This document shows positions 40,434-51,348 of a stretch of 64,000 nucleotides of DNA, one piece after another. Origin of the DNA: Nitrospirota bacterium. Lineage in GTDB: Bacteria; Nitrospirota; UBA9217. The translations under genes and the position numbers were made by a program. The stretch is from contig CAWCKW010000003.1 in the NCBI GenBank assembly GCA_963796285.1, positions 224,001-288,000 of the forward strand, written 5' to 3'. The notes under the pieces are model-generated. The model was not told the origin of the DNA, searched no databases, and saw nothing but the letters and a program-made list of their open reading frames with translations. Within the stretch, counting starts at the first letter, position 1. Each line of letters starts with the position of its first letter.

Positions 40434-42554
40434 ATGCTTTATGAAGAGATTGTTTTGAGCGTGAATAAAACGAGAAGTCTTCGATATCGTCTTGCGGCTG
40501 CGATCGCTTTTTTGGCATTTGCGGTCTACCTGCCCGCTTTGCAGAATGGTTTTTTGAACTGGGACGACAATGTCTACGTTGTCGAAAACCCCTTCATCCG
40601 TTCCTTCAATGCAAACCTGTTGAGAGAAGCTTTTTTCCAGTTTACCGCAAGCAACTGGCACCCTCTTACCTGGATCTCCCATGCCCTGGATTATGCTGTC
40701 TGGGGCTTGAACCCATGGGGCCATCACTTGACCAATATCATTCTCCACGGCATGAACACCTTCGTGGTGGTCCTGCTCATCATGATGTTGCTTGAGGCGG
40801 CGAGGGAACGAACGGCAGGTCAGGGGGGCACGGGTTTTCTCAATGACCGGACGATTCTCCTGGTCGGCGGCGGAACGGGGCTTTTATTCGGACTGCATCC
40901 CCTGCATGTCGAGTCGGTCGCCTGGGTGGCGGAGCGAAAAGATCTGCTCTGCGCCCTGTTTTTTCTGCTCAGCGTGACGATGTATGTGAAATACGGGGTT
41001 GCCGGGCGGAATGAGAGGGACCAGCGCAATGGTTTCTTCCGGTTCAGCGATAAACACTATTGGTCAGCGCTCGGTTTTTTTATCCTTGCTCTGCTGAGCA
41101 AGCCGATGGCAGTATCGCTCCCGCTTGTTCTTCTGATACTGGACTGGCATCCCTTGAGCAGGATCAGTTCTTTCCGTTCGTTCCGGCTTGCGTTCGTCGA
41201 GAAATTTCCTTTTGCCGCGCTGAGCATTATTTCTTCGCTGCTTACTGTTCTGGCGCAGAAATCAGGAGGGGCGCTGCATGCCACGGTTTTAGTATCGCTG
41301 CCGGTTCGACTGCTGGTAGCGGCCCGATCTTTTATCGGTTACCTGTCGAACATGCTTTTGCCGGCGCATTTAATTCCCTATTATGCCTATCCGGTTCAGA
41401 GCACGGTTTCTCTATTCTCGACTATTTACGTAAGCTCCTTGGTATTGCTCCTCGGAATTACTGTTTTCTGCATACGACTCGCAAAGAAACAGCGCTATTG
41501 GATGTCCATCTGGCTCTACTATATTATCACTCTTATCCCTGTCATCGGCATTGTCCAGGTAGGCGGCCAAGCCATGGCGGACCGATATACGTATTTGCCG
41601 AGCTTAGGTCCATTTCTGATCATTGCCCTGGGAGTTGCGTGGATCGTCAATTCTGCGGCCGGCAAAAAAGCGCAAAGCTTGACGCTGGTGCTTGTAACCA
41701 GCGTTGCGGCAATAGGGATAACTGGTCCTTTAGCATATGCGACCATACAACAGACGCGCATATGGAAAAACAGTATATCGCTCTGGAGTAGTGTAATAGA
41801 AAAGGAACCCCGGAGCGCATCTCTCCCTTATAATAATAGGGGCCAGGCCTTCGATAAACTGAAACAGTATGACAAAGCAATAGATGACTACGACATGGCT
41901 ATTGCGGTAGACCCGACTTCGGAGGAGGCATTGAATAACCGCGGAGTTACCTATAGAAAAATGGGCATGATTGATAAAGCCCTCGCAGATTTTAATGCGG
42001 CCATTGGTTTGAACCCGTCTTTCTATCAGGCTTATAATAACCGCGCTTATGCTTTCGGATTGCTAGGTGAGGTTGACAAAGCATTGGACGATTACGATCA
42101 TGCTCTTGCACTGAATCCGTCTTATTTTCAAGCGTACAACAACCGGGGACTTATGTATGATCGAATGGGTCTGGCAGATAAAGCAATTGAGGATTTTAAC
42201 CGAACTATTTCATTGAATCCTTCGTCCGAACTGGCTTATTTTAATCTCGGAATTTTATACGGAAAGATGGGCAAATATGACAGCGCGCTGTTGAATTTCG
42301 ATGCAACCCTCAGTCTGCGGCCGGATTTTGCCGATGGTTATCTCAATAGGGGGATCACGTATTTTCTTGTCGGTCAGAGCAGCATGGCATTAAAAGATTT
42401 TACAGCCGCGATCCTTCTCGACAAGAATAGCGCTCGAGCGTATGCCGCTCGGGGGCGGTTATATGACTCAATAGGACAAAAAGATCAGGCTCGTGTAGAT
42501 TATCAAAGAGCATGTCAGTTGGGTGACCAAACCAGCTGTCAAACTCTTCAGTAG
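40434..42554 (+). CDS. TMTC-like GT-C + TPR (copy 2)
   Basis: FLNWDD, NWHPLTWISH, HPLHVESVAWVAERKD, LSKPMAV, ADRYTYLPS; TPRs; ACQLGDQTSC tail. Confidence 0.9.
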   Translation: MLYEEIVLSVNKTRSLRYRLAAAIAFLAFAVYLPALQNGFLNWDDNVYVVENPFIRSFNANLLREAFFQFTASNWHPLTWISHALDYAVWGLNPWGHHLTNIILHGMNTFVVVLLIMMLLEAARERTAGQGGTGFLNDRTILLVGGGTGLLFGLHPLHVESVAWVAERKDLLCALFFLLSVTMYVKYGVAGRNERDQRNGFFRFSDKHYWSALGFFILALLSKPMAVSLPLVLLILDWHPLSRISSFRSFRLAFVEKFPFAALSIISSLLTVLAQKSGGALHATVLVSLPVRLLVAARSFIGYLSNMLLPAHLIPYYAYPVQSTVSLFSTIYVSSLVLLLGITVFCIRLAKKQRYWMSIWLYYIITLIPVIGIVQVGGQAMADRYTYLPSLGPFLIIALGVAWIVNSAAGKKAQSLTLVLVTSVAAIGITGPLAYATIQQTRIWKNSISLWSSVIEKEPRSASLPYNNRGQAFDKLKQYDKAIDDYDMAIAVDPTSEEALNNRGVTYRKMGMIDKALADFNAAIGLNPSFYQAYNNRAYAFGLLGEVDKALDDYDHALALNPSYFQAYNNRGLMYDRMGLADKAIEDFNRTISLNPSSELAYFNLGILYGKMGKYDSALLNFDATLSLRPDFADGYLNRGITYFLVGQSSMALKDFTAAILLDKNSARAYAARGRLYDSIGQKDQARVDYQRACQLGDQTSCQTLQ

Positions 42555-43456
42555 CAGTTCGCAAAAGTAATAATGATACAGTGATCTCTCTCTTTGCAGG
42601 GGAACCCCGGAAAGATGTTTTGTGATGGCGGTAAAAAACTGATGAAAACAGCTGGAAACACTAAATACTATACCGCGGCTGCGATCGCTTTTTTGGCATT
42701 TGCGGTCTACCTGCCCGCTTTGCAGAATGGTTTTTTGAACTGGGACGACAATGTCTACGTTGTCGAAAACCCCTTCATCCGTTCCTTCAATGCAAACCTG
42801 TTGAGAGAAGCTTTTTTCCAGTTTACCGCAAGCAACTGGCACCCTCTTACCTGGATCTCCCATGCCCTGGATTATGCTGTCTGGGGCCTGAACCCATGGG
42901 GCCATCACTTGACCAATATCATTCTCCACGGCATGAACACCTTCGTGGTGGTCCTGCTCATCATGATGTTGCTTGAGGCGGCGAGGGAACGAACGGCAGG
43001 CCAGGGGGGCACGGGTTTTCTCAATGACCGGACGATTCTCCTGGTCGGCGGCGGAACAGGGCTTTTATTCGGACTGCATCCCCTGCATGTCGAGTCGGTC
43101 GCCTGGGTGGCGGAGCGAAAAGATCTGCTCTGCGCCCTGTTTTTTCTGCTCAGCGTGATGATGTACGTGAAATACGGGGTTGCCGGGCGGAATGAGCGGG
43201 GCCAGCGCAATGGTTTCTTCCGGTTCAGCGATAAACACTATTGGTCGGCGCTCGGTTTTTTTATCCTCGCTCTGCTGAGCAAGCCGATGGCAGTATCGCT
43301 CCCGCTTGTTCTTCTGATACTGGACTGGCATCCCTTGAGCAGGATCAGTTCTTTCCGTTCGTTCCGGCTTGCGTTCGTCGAGAAATTTCCTTTTGCCGCG
43401 CTGAGCATTATTTCTTCGCTGCTTACTGTTCTGGCGCAGAAATCAGGAGGGGCGCT
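40494..43456 (+). repeat. Near-identical 782-bp direct repeat shared by TMTC-like copies 2 and 3 (40494-41275 and 42675-43456)
   Basis: Constant 2181-nt offset with roughly ten substitutions seen by eye; identity ends abruptly after QKSGGAL. Confidence 0.93.
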
Positions 43457-44528
43457 TGTCGCCTTTGAATCCGAGCCCTTGCTGAAACGCGTGATCGTGG
43501 CTTCCCATTCGGTCATCGCTTATCTTGTGAAATTGATTTTGCCGGTCGGTCTTAAGCCTTTTTATTCCTATCCCCGAAACGCATCAATCATGACATTCGA
43601 GTACGTTGCGGCGATTTTTCTTGTCGCAGGGATAACCGTAATAGCCATCATAACCGCGCGAAAACACAAGGAGCTGATGTCGATCTGGTGCTATTACGTG
43701 GTCACGCTCATACCCGTACTCGGGATCGTCCAGGTAGGCGGCCAGGCCATGGCGGACCGCTATGTTTATTTGCCCGGTATCGGCCTCTTTTTCGCTGCAA
43801 GCATGTTGTTTGCGTGGGGCTCGGAAAGAATCAACAGGTCTGTTCCGTGGTCCCGGGTATACAGGCCTGTCTCCGTGGTCGTTATCAGCGCCCTGCTTGT
43901 TACGTTGTCCTGGCTCACTGTCCGACAAATCGGTATTTGGAATAACAGCATCGTTTTCTGGAATCATGTTATCGCTCAAGATGCGTCGCAGTTTCCCCTG
44001 GCCTATAATAATCGAGGCATTGCCTACGAGGATCAAGGCCGTTTTAATGATGCCCTTGCTGATTTCAACAAGGCACTGGCCGCGAATCCCTATTATGTGG
44101 ATGCATACTACAACCGTGGCAAAACATTGGATGCTATGGGGGAACGTGACGCCGCGATTGCCGACTTCAATAAAGTTCTTGATCTGAATCCGGGAAACTA
44201 TTTTGCCTGCAACAATCTCGGAGTGCTTTACGGCAAGGCCGGTTCTTTCAGGATAGCAATGGAATATTTCAGCAGGGCAGTCACCATCAATCCTCAGTAT
44301 GCCGACTCCTATTTCAACCGCGGGCTCACCTCCCTTTTTGCCGGACGCGATGAGGAAGCTCTGGAGGATTTTAACCGGACGATAGCCTTGAAGAGCGATT
44401 TTTCACCGGCTTATTCTAAGAGGGCGGACCTTTACTTTAAAACAGGCAGGCGGGAACTGGCCCTGAATGACTTGCGCAAAGCCTGTGATTTGGGCAGCAG
44501 GGACGCCTGCGTCGCGCTGCAGCCGTAA
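42642..44528 (+). CDS. TMTC-like GT-C + TPR (copy 3)
   Basis: Same motifs as copy 2; ACDLGSRDAC tail. Confidence 0.9.
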   Translation: MKTAGNTKYYTAAAIAFLAFAVYLPALQNGFLNWDDNVYVVENPFIRSFNANLLREAFFQFTASNWHPLTWISHALDYAVWGLNPWGHHLTNIILHGMNTFVVVLLIMMLLEAARERTAGQGGTGFLNDRTILLVGGGTGLLFGLHPLHVESVAWVAERKDLLCALFFLLSVMMYVKYGVAGRNERGQRNGFFRFSDKHYWSALGFFILALLSKPMAVSLPLVLLILDWHPLSRISSFRSFRLAFVEKFPFAALSIISSLLTVLAQKSGGALVAFESEPLLKRVIVASHSVIAYLVKLILPVGLKPFYSYPRNASIMTFEYVAAIFLVAGITVIAIITARKHKELMSIWCYYVVTLIPVLGIVQVGGQAMADRYVYLPGIGLFFAASMLFAWGSERINRSVPWSRVYRPVSVVVISALLVTLSWLTVRQIGIWNNSIVFWNHVIAQDASQFPLAYNNRGIAYEDQGRFNDALADFNKALAANPYYVDAYYNRGKTLDAMGERDAAIADFNKVLDLNPGNYFACNNLGVLYGKAGSFRIAMEYFSRAVTINPQYADSYFNRGLTSLFAGRDEEALEDFNRTIALKSDFSPAYSKRADLYFKTGRRELALNDLRKACDLGSRDACVALQP

Positions 44529-44649
44529 TTCCTGGCGACGCGTACCATGGCAAATAGGGCTTCCCGGCAGGTTCCGCAGCGACCGCAGCCAAAAAGCGGG
44601 CATTCTTCATATAAAACAGCAGAGAGTTACTCTGCACTAGGTGCAATTT

Positions 44650-46686
44650 ATGATGGTCAGTCGGTTTCTTAAAAATAACATTGTCCTCCTCTGTGCCGCC
44701 GCCGCTGCACTGATTACCATCGCCGTTTTTCTTCCCGCTGTCAGGAACGGCTACCTCATGACCTGGGATGACGATGTGTATGTGAGGAGCAACGAACATA
44801 TCCGGTCCCTCGATCTCGGTCTTGTGAAGTGGGCTTTTACCACTTTTTACGGCGCAAACTACTGGCATCCGCTCACCTGGCTTTCTCATGCCGTAGATTA
44901 TGCGTTATGGGGGGCTGAACCTGGAGGCCATCATCTTACGAACATCATCCTGCACGGTTTGAATGTCGCTTTGGTCATCATGCTTCTCTACAGTCTGCTG
45001 AGCGCCGGCTACGGGATTCCAGGCAATTCCCCGAAGTTGAGATATTTCTCCCGCAATGCAGCGGCTCTCATAACCGCGGTCCTCTCCGGCTTGCTTTTTG
45101 GCTTGCATCCCCTTCGTGCAGAATCTGTGGCCTGGATAGCGGAGAGAAAGGATGTTCTTTGCGCGTTATTCAGTCTTCTGAGCATCTGGTCGTACGTGGC
45201 ATATGCCAGGAGAGCAGCGGAAGATCCGCAACCCGGTGCGTCATCCGGGGTTCCGGCAGGAACGTATGTATCGAGCGTTGTCTTTCTTGCGTTCGCTCTC
45301 ATGAGCAAACCCATGGCGGTGACCGTTCCGGCTGTCTTCCTCATCCTGGACTGGGCCGTCTTCAGAAGACGCATGACTTTGCGCAGCGTCATTTACGAGA
45401 AGATCCCTTTTTATCTCCTCAGCCTGGGTGCGGTGTCGGTTTCGATCTACGCCAAGCATACTCTCAACGACATCGTATCGTTCGACACGATTCCTCTGTC
45501 ATCGCGGCTTCTGAACGGATTTCACGCAATCATTTTTTACATAAGCAAGACCCTGTGGCCTGAGAACCTTCTTCCGTTCTATCCCTATCCCGGACCTGCA
45601 GCGCTCCGCTCCGTTCACTATCTTGTGCCGGTTATGCTGGTTGCCATCGTTACGGCCGCGTGCATTGCCGTGGCCAAGAAGCATCGGCTGTGGCTCGGCG
45701 TCTGGAGCTACTATGTTCTCTCTCTTCTGCCTGTTCTGCCATTCATGATTGTTGGCGAGGCGCCGGTCGCAGACCGTTTCTCCTATCTGCCGAGCCTCGG
45801 GCCTCTGTTCCTTGTCGGCTTCGCGGGAACGGCTGCGCTTGACAGGGTCTTTTCCGCGAAGCGATGGATCATAGGGCTCCGGAGTCTTTCCCTCTTAGTT
45901 CTTGCCGGTGTTTTTATCCTGTTGTCCTATTTAACGGTAAGGCAGATCAATTATCAGAAAAACGACCTGGTGATGTGGGACCATGAAATCGCGGCGCTGC
46001 CAAACATGGATCGGAGCCAGTATCTCAATTATTACCTGGCGTACAGTAAGCGCGGTCTTGCTCTTGCGGAGAGCGGAAGGCTCGAAGAGGCTGTCATGGA
46101 TTATGAACAAGTGCTTCGGGACCGGCCTGATTTCGCGCCCTTGCGCGTCTATACGGGAATTTTATATTATCGGCTGGGTCGGTACAACGAGGCGATTCAA
46201 GAATTTCAAACAGCGGTGACGTTGGATCCCGCTGATGGAGAAGCCCACCGGGATCTCGGCATCATGTACTATAACCAGGGTCGAAACATGGCTGCACTGC
46301 AGGAGTTCTCCACAGCCATACAATTGCAGCCAGATTCAATTGAAGGGCATTTCGGACTCGGAAATGTTCTCTACCTGGAGGGGGACTTCGGCGCCGCCAT
46401 AGAACATTATCAAAAAGTCCTCGACCTTGCCCCTGACTTCATCAAGGCAAGAAATAATCTGGGATCAGCGTATTTACGGACCGGCCGGAGAGACGAAGCC
46501 ATCAGCGAATTTCGTTCCGCAGCGAACATCGCGCCCGGCTCCGTTCTTATCCACAAGAATCTTGCGGCGGCCTATCGGTCCGCCGGACTGAAAGAAAAAG
46601 CGTCGCAGGAATATGAAATCATTCGACGCATGGAGCCGGGCTTTACGCCGGATCGCCATGCAGCCTTTGCTGTAATCATGAATTGA
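44650..46686 (+). CDS. TMTC-like GT-C + TPR (copy 4)
   Basis: TWDDD, YWHPLTWLSH, HPLRAESVAWIAERKD, ADRFSYLPS; TPRs. Confidence 0.9.
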   Translation: MMVSRFLKNNIVLLCAAAAALITIAVFLPAVRNGYLMTWDDDVYVRSNEHIRSLDLGLVKWAFTTFYGANYWHPLTWLSHAVDYALWGAEPGGHHLTNIILHGLNVALVIMLLYSLLSAGYGIPGNSPKLRYFSRNAAALITAVLSGLLFGLHPLRAESVAWIAERKDVLCALFSLLSIWSYVAYARRAAEDPQPGASSGVPAGTYVSSVVFLAFALMSKPMAVTVPAVFLILDWAVFRRRMTLRSVIYEKIPFYLLSLGAVSVSIYAKHTLNDIVSFDTIPLSSRLLNGFHAIIFYISKTLWPENLLPFYPYPGPAALRSVHYLVPVMLVAIVTAACIAVAKKHRLWLGVWSYYVLSLLPVLPFMIVGEAPVADRFSYLPSLGPLFLVGFAGTAALDRVFSAKRWIIGLRSLSLLVLAGVFILLSYLTVRQINYQKNDLVMWDHEIAALPNMDRSQYLNYYLAYSKRGLALAESGRLEEAVMDYEQVLRDRPDFAPLRVYTGILYYRLGRYNEAIQEFQTAVTLDPADGEAHRDLGIMYYNQGRNMAALQEFSTAIQLQPDSIEGHFGLGNVLYLEGDFGAAIEHYQKVLDLAPDFIKARNNLGSAYLRTGRRDEAISEFRSAANIAPGSVLIHKNLAAAYRSAGLKEKASQEYEIIRRMEPGFTPDRHAAFAVIMN

Positions 46687-46738
46687 TGGGTTGTTTATCT
46701 ATATCCAGACCAGACTTGGAGAGGTCTGAGGTACTCCT

Positions 46739-48743
46739 ATGAAAACAAAACAAAATGCCAAATATCCTCTTGCGGTGATGATCGCTCTTGTTACAATGGC
46801 GGTTTATCTACCGGCCCTGCGAAATGGATTTCTGAACTGGGACGATAATGTATATATCGTGAACAACCCCGCGATCCGGTCGGTAAATCTATTTTTATTT
46901 AAATGGGCTTTTTTCCACTTTTATGCGGGTAACTGGCACCCTCTAACCTGGATATCCCATGCCCTGGATTACGCCGTCTGGGGCCTCAATCCTCTCGGAC
47001 ATCACCTGACCAATATCGTCATTCATGGAATCAATACACTGCTGGTTTTCCTGCTCTATTACCCGCCTGCTTGAGGCAGCGAAGGTGCGCGCGGTCGAAC
47101 CGGGGCTTCCGATATTCTTAGATGAACGGACAATCCTCATCGCAGGAGGAGTCACGAGTTTCCTGTTCGGTCTTCATCCCGTTCATGTAGAGTCGGTAGC
47201 CTGGGTGGCTGAGCGGAAGGATCTTCTCTGCGCACTGTTTTATCTGCTCAGCGTCATTTTTTATATCAAAGGGATTCCGGCCAAAGACGAGGACCGGCGG
47301 CGTGACAGTGTATTCAGAGGGTATATCAAATCAAACTACCTGTCGTCCCTTTGTTTCTTCGGCCTTGCTCTGCTGAGCAAGCCGATGGCGGTATCCCTTC
47401 CCGTGGTCCTGCTGCTTCTGGACTGGTATCCACTGAATAAAATACGGTCTTTGCGGTCACTCCGCAGTTCTCTTATTGAGAAGCTCCCCTTTGCAGCACT
47501 GAGCCTGATTTCTGCGCTGCTGACCATTTCTGCTCAGAAAACGGAAGGCGCGATCGTGTCGGCGGAAGCCATACCGCTTCTGACGCGGATCCCCGTAATT
47601 GCTCATTCGCTGCTTTCCTATCTCGGCAAAATGATTTATCCATTCAATTTACTGCCCTTCTATTCCTATCCAAAGAATATGACCTTGTTCTCTTTGCATT
47701 CTCTTTTTCTTCTGTCTTTGGTTGCAAGTATAACCATAGCCTGCGTGGTCATGATAAAAAGGCAGAAATTGTGGCTGTCCATCTGGATCTATTACGTTAC
47801 CACGCTGATCCCTGTAATAGGTATCGTACAAGCAGGGAGTCAGTCAATCGCTGACCGGTATACCTATTTACCCAGCCTGGGACCGTTTCTGCTCATGGGT
47901 TTACTCATTACCTGGGTTCTGAAAAAGGCGGATTCAGGATTACCATCGGCTTTGGTCGTGAAAAGAGCCGGCGCGGTTATGGCTATTCTCGCGGTTCTTA
48001 CATTGTCCTATTTGACCTTTAACCAGATAGCGATCTGGAAAAACAGCCTATCCCTGTGGAACTATGTAGTTGAACATGAGCCTTCGGAAGATCCCCTGGT
48101 CTACCTTCAGCGGGGGCTTGTTTTTGAGGAAAGTGGCCGCCTCGATGATGCGCTCAATGATTATGGCAGGGCAATAGCGTTGAAACCTTCCTTTTATCAG
48201 GCTTTCAACAACCGTGGTCTTGTTTACGACAAAATGGGGCTGCTCAATAATGCAATTATGGACTTGAATACGGCAATTTCCCTGAATCCCTCCTTTTACC
48301 AAGCATATAATAATCGAGGTCTCGTCTTTGAAAAAATGGGGGAGTACGAAAACGCGATCTCGGATTACAGCTTGGCGATTTCTCTAAACCCCTCCGATTA
48401 TCAAGCGTATGATAATGCCGGCGTGTTATACGCCAATTCCGGCCGTGTCGATGTGGCAATACAGTACCTTACCCGCGCCATCACCGTCAATGAAAACTAC
48501 GACAATGCATACGATAATCGGGGTTTGCTGTATTTCTCTTTAGGGCAAAATGAAAGATCACTTCAGGATTTCAATAAAGCAATCAAGCTGAACCCTTCTT
48601 TTAGGGATGCCTATCTGAATCGCGGAAAGCTTTACAGCAGAATCGGCAAGAAGTCACTCGCAATCCAGGATTTCCAAAAAGCATGCTCTCTCGGAAGTAC
48701 TGTGGCATGTGCTATCATTGGCCAGAACCACAGCCGTTCATAA
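46739..48743 (+). CDS. TMTC-like GT-C + TPR (copy 5); frameshift near 47050
   Basis: Joins ORFs 46739-47074 and 47025-48743; FLNWDD, HPVHVESVAWVAERKD, ADRYTYLPS; ACSLGSTVAC tail. Confidence 0.88.
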
Positions 48744-49380
48744 GCGCACCGGGGAAACTGCACGACAGGAGGATGGGACACACGTGTAATGATTAATCCC
48801 CGATCAAGTGATCAGGGGACAACCGTTGAAGCAGAAGTGAATCATTTACAATTGTCGGAAGTCATGCGAGACGGTTCATTCTACACTGCCGTCCCGTTCC
48901 TGAAATATTGCATCGAAGGGGAGGATAACCTGCCACGAGCAGGCTGATACGAAGTAGTTATAATCCGTTGGTGCTGCTTTATTACGAAATGATGTGCAGT
49001 AGTCACCTTTCACGTTTGCAAGTATTTCAAACTCTTTTAATGGCTAGCTGACATTACGAATGGTATCCTAGAATTATCCAACATTCCAAAAGATTCGCGA
49101 TATGCATTTATTGTAAACAGCGGAGTTTTTTTGACATGACCCATACTGTGAGTACTGTTGCAGGAAATGACCAGTTTATGTTATGGTTGCTTCAATCATC
49201 CTAAGAATATTATTCGCTTTCCATACTAAGGCAATTTAAAGCTCTTATGGTCAACGGCGTACAGATAGATGTTACGTCATGGGGGTCATGGAGCACTGAT
49301 AAGGAGATTTATTATAAGACTATGGACCTTAATCTCACAGACCTATTTATGGTTGAACCAATGATATGGAGGGAGTGTGA

Positions 49381-49918
49381 ATGGATGGATACAACATCCC
49401 GCCATTATTTGTCATCATGCTCTATTGTGCTATCATCATAATCACGACGATGAGCGTTATATATTTTGTCAAGAAAAAAGTTCCTTTTCCCCCAAGCCTT
49501 AAGAAAATCGATTATCATTGCCTTCTTTTGTACCGGATTCCTCTATTTAGTTCATTCGGAAAGTACATGGTACACGTGGTTCAGTGAAGATATTGAAACA
49601 TATTCCCTGTATTCCACAGAAGCGAAAACAAGGATATATCTGGGACCTCTTTACGATTTTGTCACAGTGGCAAATAAAGTGCTGAAAGACAACGAATACA
49701 CAATTTATTCTTCCGATGGCGGCTATAGTTTAATGCTCCAATACTATTTGCTCCCAAAGCGTAACAGAGTTAACGCAAAAAACATCATCGTTACATACGA
49801 TAATGATACCGCCTATGACGAACATACAAAAACGTTCATCAAAGGTGATCGACGTATTGAAAACGCAGAGCTGCTCTATCGCTATGATTCTGGTGCATAT
49901 ATTCTGAGGGTCAAATGA
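49381..49918 (+). CDS. Hypothetical membrane protein, apparently one frameshift
   Basis: GGAG RBS; joins ORFs 49381-49587 and 49466-49918; ATGA coupling to the next gene; AT-rich. Confidence 0.55.
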
Positions 49919-51309
49919 TTCTAACGATCGTTGCTTTAGTCATACCGGCCATCCTGGGTTTTCTCATCGTATCCATTCTGCTCCGCAATGAGACCACAAG
50001 CGGGATGACCGAACGTCTCTGCCTGGCCTACCCGCTTGGTATGGGATTATTGACCATGCAAATGTTTCTCCTGGCCCTCGTCCGCGTTCCTTTAACGCTT
50101 TGGTTTGTTACATCGCCTATTTTGATAGAAATTATCGTGATCTTTTGGTGGATGCGAAGAAGTAAGATAGTTCTCGCCAAGAAACCTTCATTCGAGCTTT
50201 TCAGCGAGATTTTCGGCGCAGATAGCCACTGGCTCAAAAAAATCTCACTGGCTATCTTAACTACTTTCATCGTTATTAAAATTGGATCGATCTTTGTGGA
50301 AACGTATTTAAGGCCTATTTTTGCCTGGGACTCATTAGCAAACTGGTCGGCCAGCGCCAAAGCATTCTATTATTCTCACGGTCTGCTCTTAGATACTTCG
50401 CCGGACGATTTTTTCGGCAAGGGATTGCTGAACAGGAATGCAAATTATCCTCCTCACAACCCGCTTATGCAGGTTTGGATGAGTCTTTGGATTGGACATT
50501 TTGATGAAGTATTTGTGAAATTCTGGAGTCCCGTTTATCTGCTCGCCATGTCTGTTTATTTGTATGTGGTCATGGCACGTGAGACCTCACGCCTGATCGC
50601 ACTTTCAATGCTTGTACTCTTCTTGAGCTCCCCGCTTCTGTCAATCCATTCGATTGAGGCGTACAGTGATGTCCCGCTCAGTGTTTATATCCTCTTCTCT
50701 TTAATAATGTTTCTCTACGCCATGAGAGGGAATTATGGCTATTGGACACTGATGGGACTCTTCTCGGCAGAAGCGCTATTCACAAAAGATGAAGCGCCTT
50801 TCTTTGTTCTTCCTCTTCTTCTGGCTGCCGCTGCATTCTTTTGGAAGAACAGAAGTCAGGGGACTGTTCTTCGAAAATCAGCAGTTCCCTTGTTTGCAAG
50901 TCTACTTTTAGCAGTACCCTGGTTTATTTTTAAATTCTCTCATAAACTCGGGTTTGGCGCAGATTATGTTACGGTAGAATATACTTTTCGGCCTGAGATG
51001 GTGTTGAAAGTCATTTCGCTTCTTGCTTCTTTTCAGAATTTTAATGTTTTTTTCGTCTTTATTCCCTTTCTTACAATCTTAGCCGGGCGACCTACGAAAG
51101 AATTCATTTTCTTGGCTACTCCCGTTCTGAGTTATGCAATGTTTTTTATTCTGGTTTATACGCTGACCGTATTTTTTTCTGGAAGCTTAATGTTCAATAC
51201 GGCGATTTTCCGGAATGTGCTGACCTATTATCCAAGCATTTGTTTATTAACTGCTTTGCTGATTAAGACCATCATGTTGAGATGGGATTCACCCACCGCT
51301 TCTCTTTAA
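49915..51309 (+). CDS. GT-C fold polytopic glycosyltransferase (PMT/ArnT/GT39-like, no TPR)
   Basis: Many TMs; PIFAWDSLANW..AK, NYPPHNP, YSDVPL and TKDEA motifs. Confidence 0.7.
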   Translation: MILTIVALVIPAILGFLIVSILLRNETTSGMTERLCLAYPLGMGLLTMQMFLLALVRVPLTLWFVTSPILIEIIVIFWWMRRSKIVLAKKPSFELFSEIFGADSHWLKKISLAILTTFIVIKIGSIFVETYLRPIFAWDSLANWSASAKAFYYSHGLLLDTSPDDFFGKGLLNRNANYPPHNPLMQVWMSLWIGHFDEVFVKFWSPVYLLAMSVYLYVVMARETSRLIALSMLVLFLSSPLLSIHSIEAYSDVPLSVYILFSLIMFLYAMRGNYGYWTLMGLFSAEALFTKDEAPFFVLPLLLAAAAFFWKNRSQGTVLRKSAVPLFASLLLAVPWFIFKFSHKLGFGADYVTVEYTFRPEMVLKVISLLASFQNFNVFFVFIPFLTILAGRPTKEFIFLATPVLSYAMFFILVYTLTVFFSGSLMFNTAIFRNVLTYYPSICLLTALLIKTIMLRWDSPTASL

Positions 51310-51348
51310 CTCATTCTGAGAGCGACACAGGCAGACTGTTCACTACAA

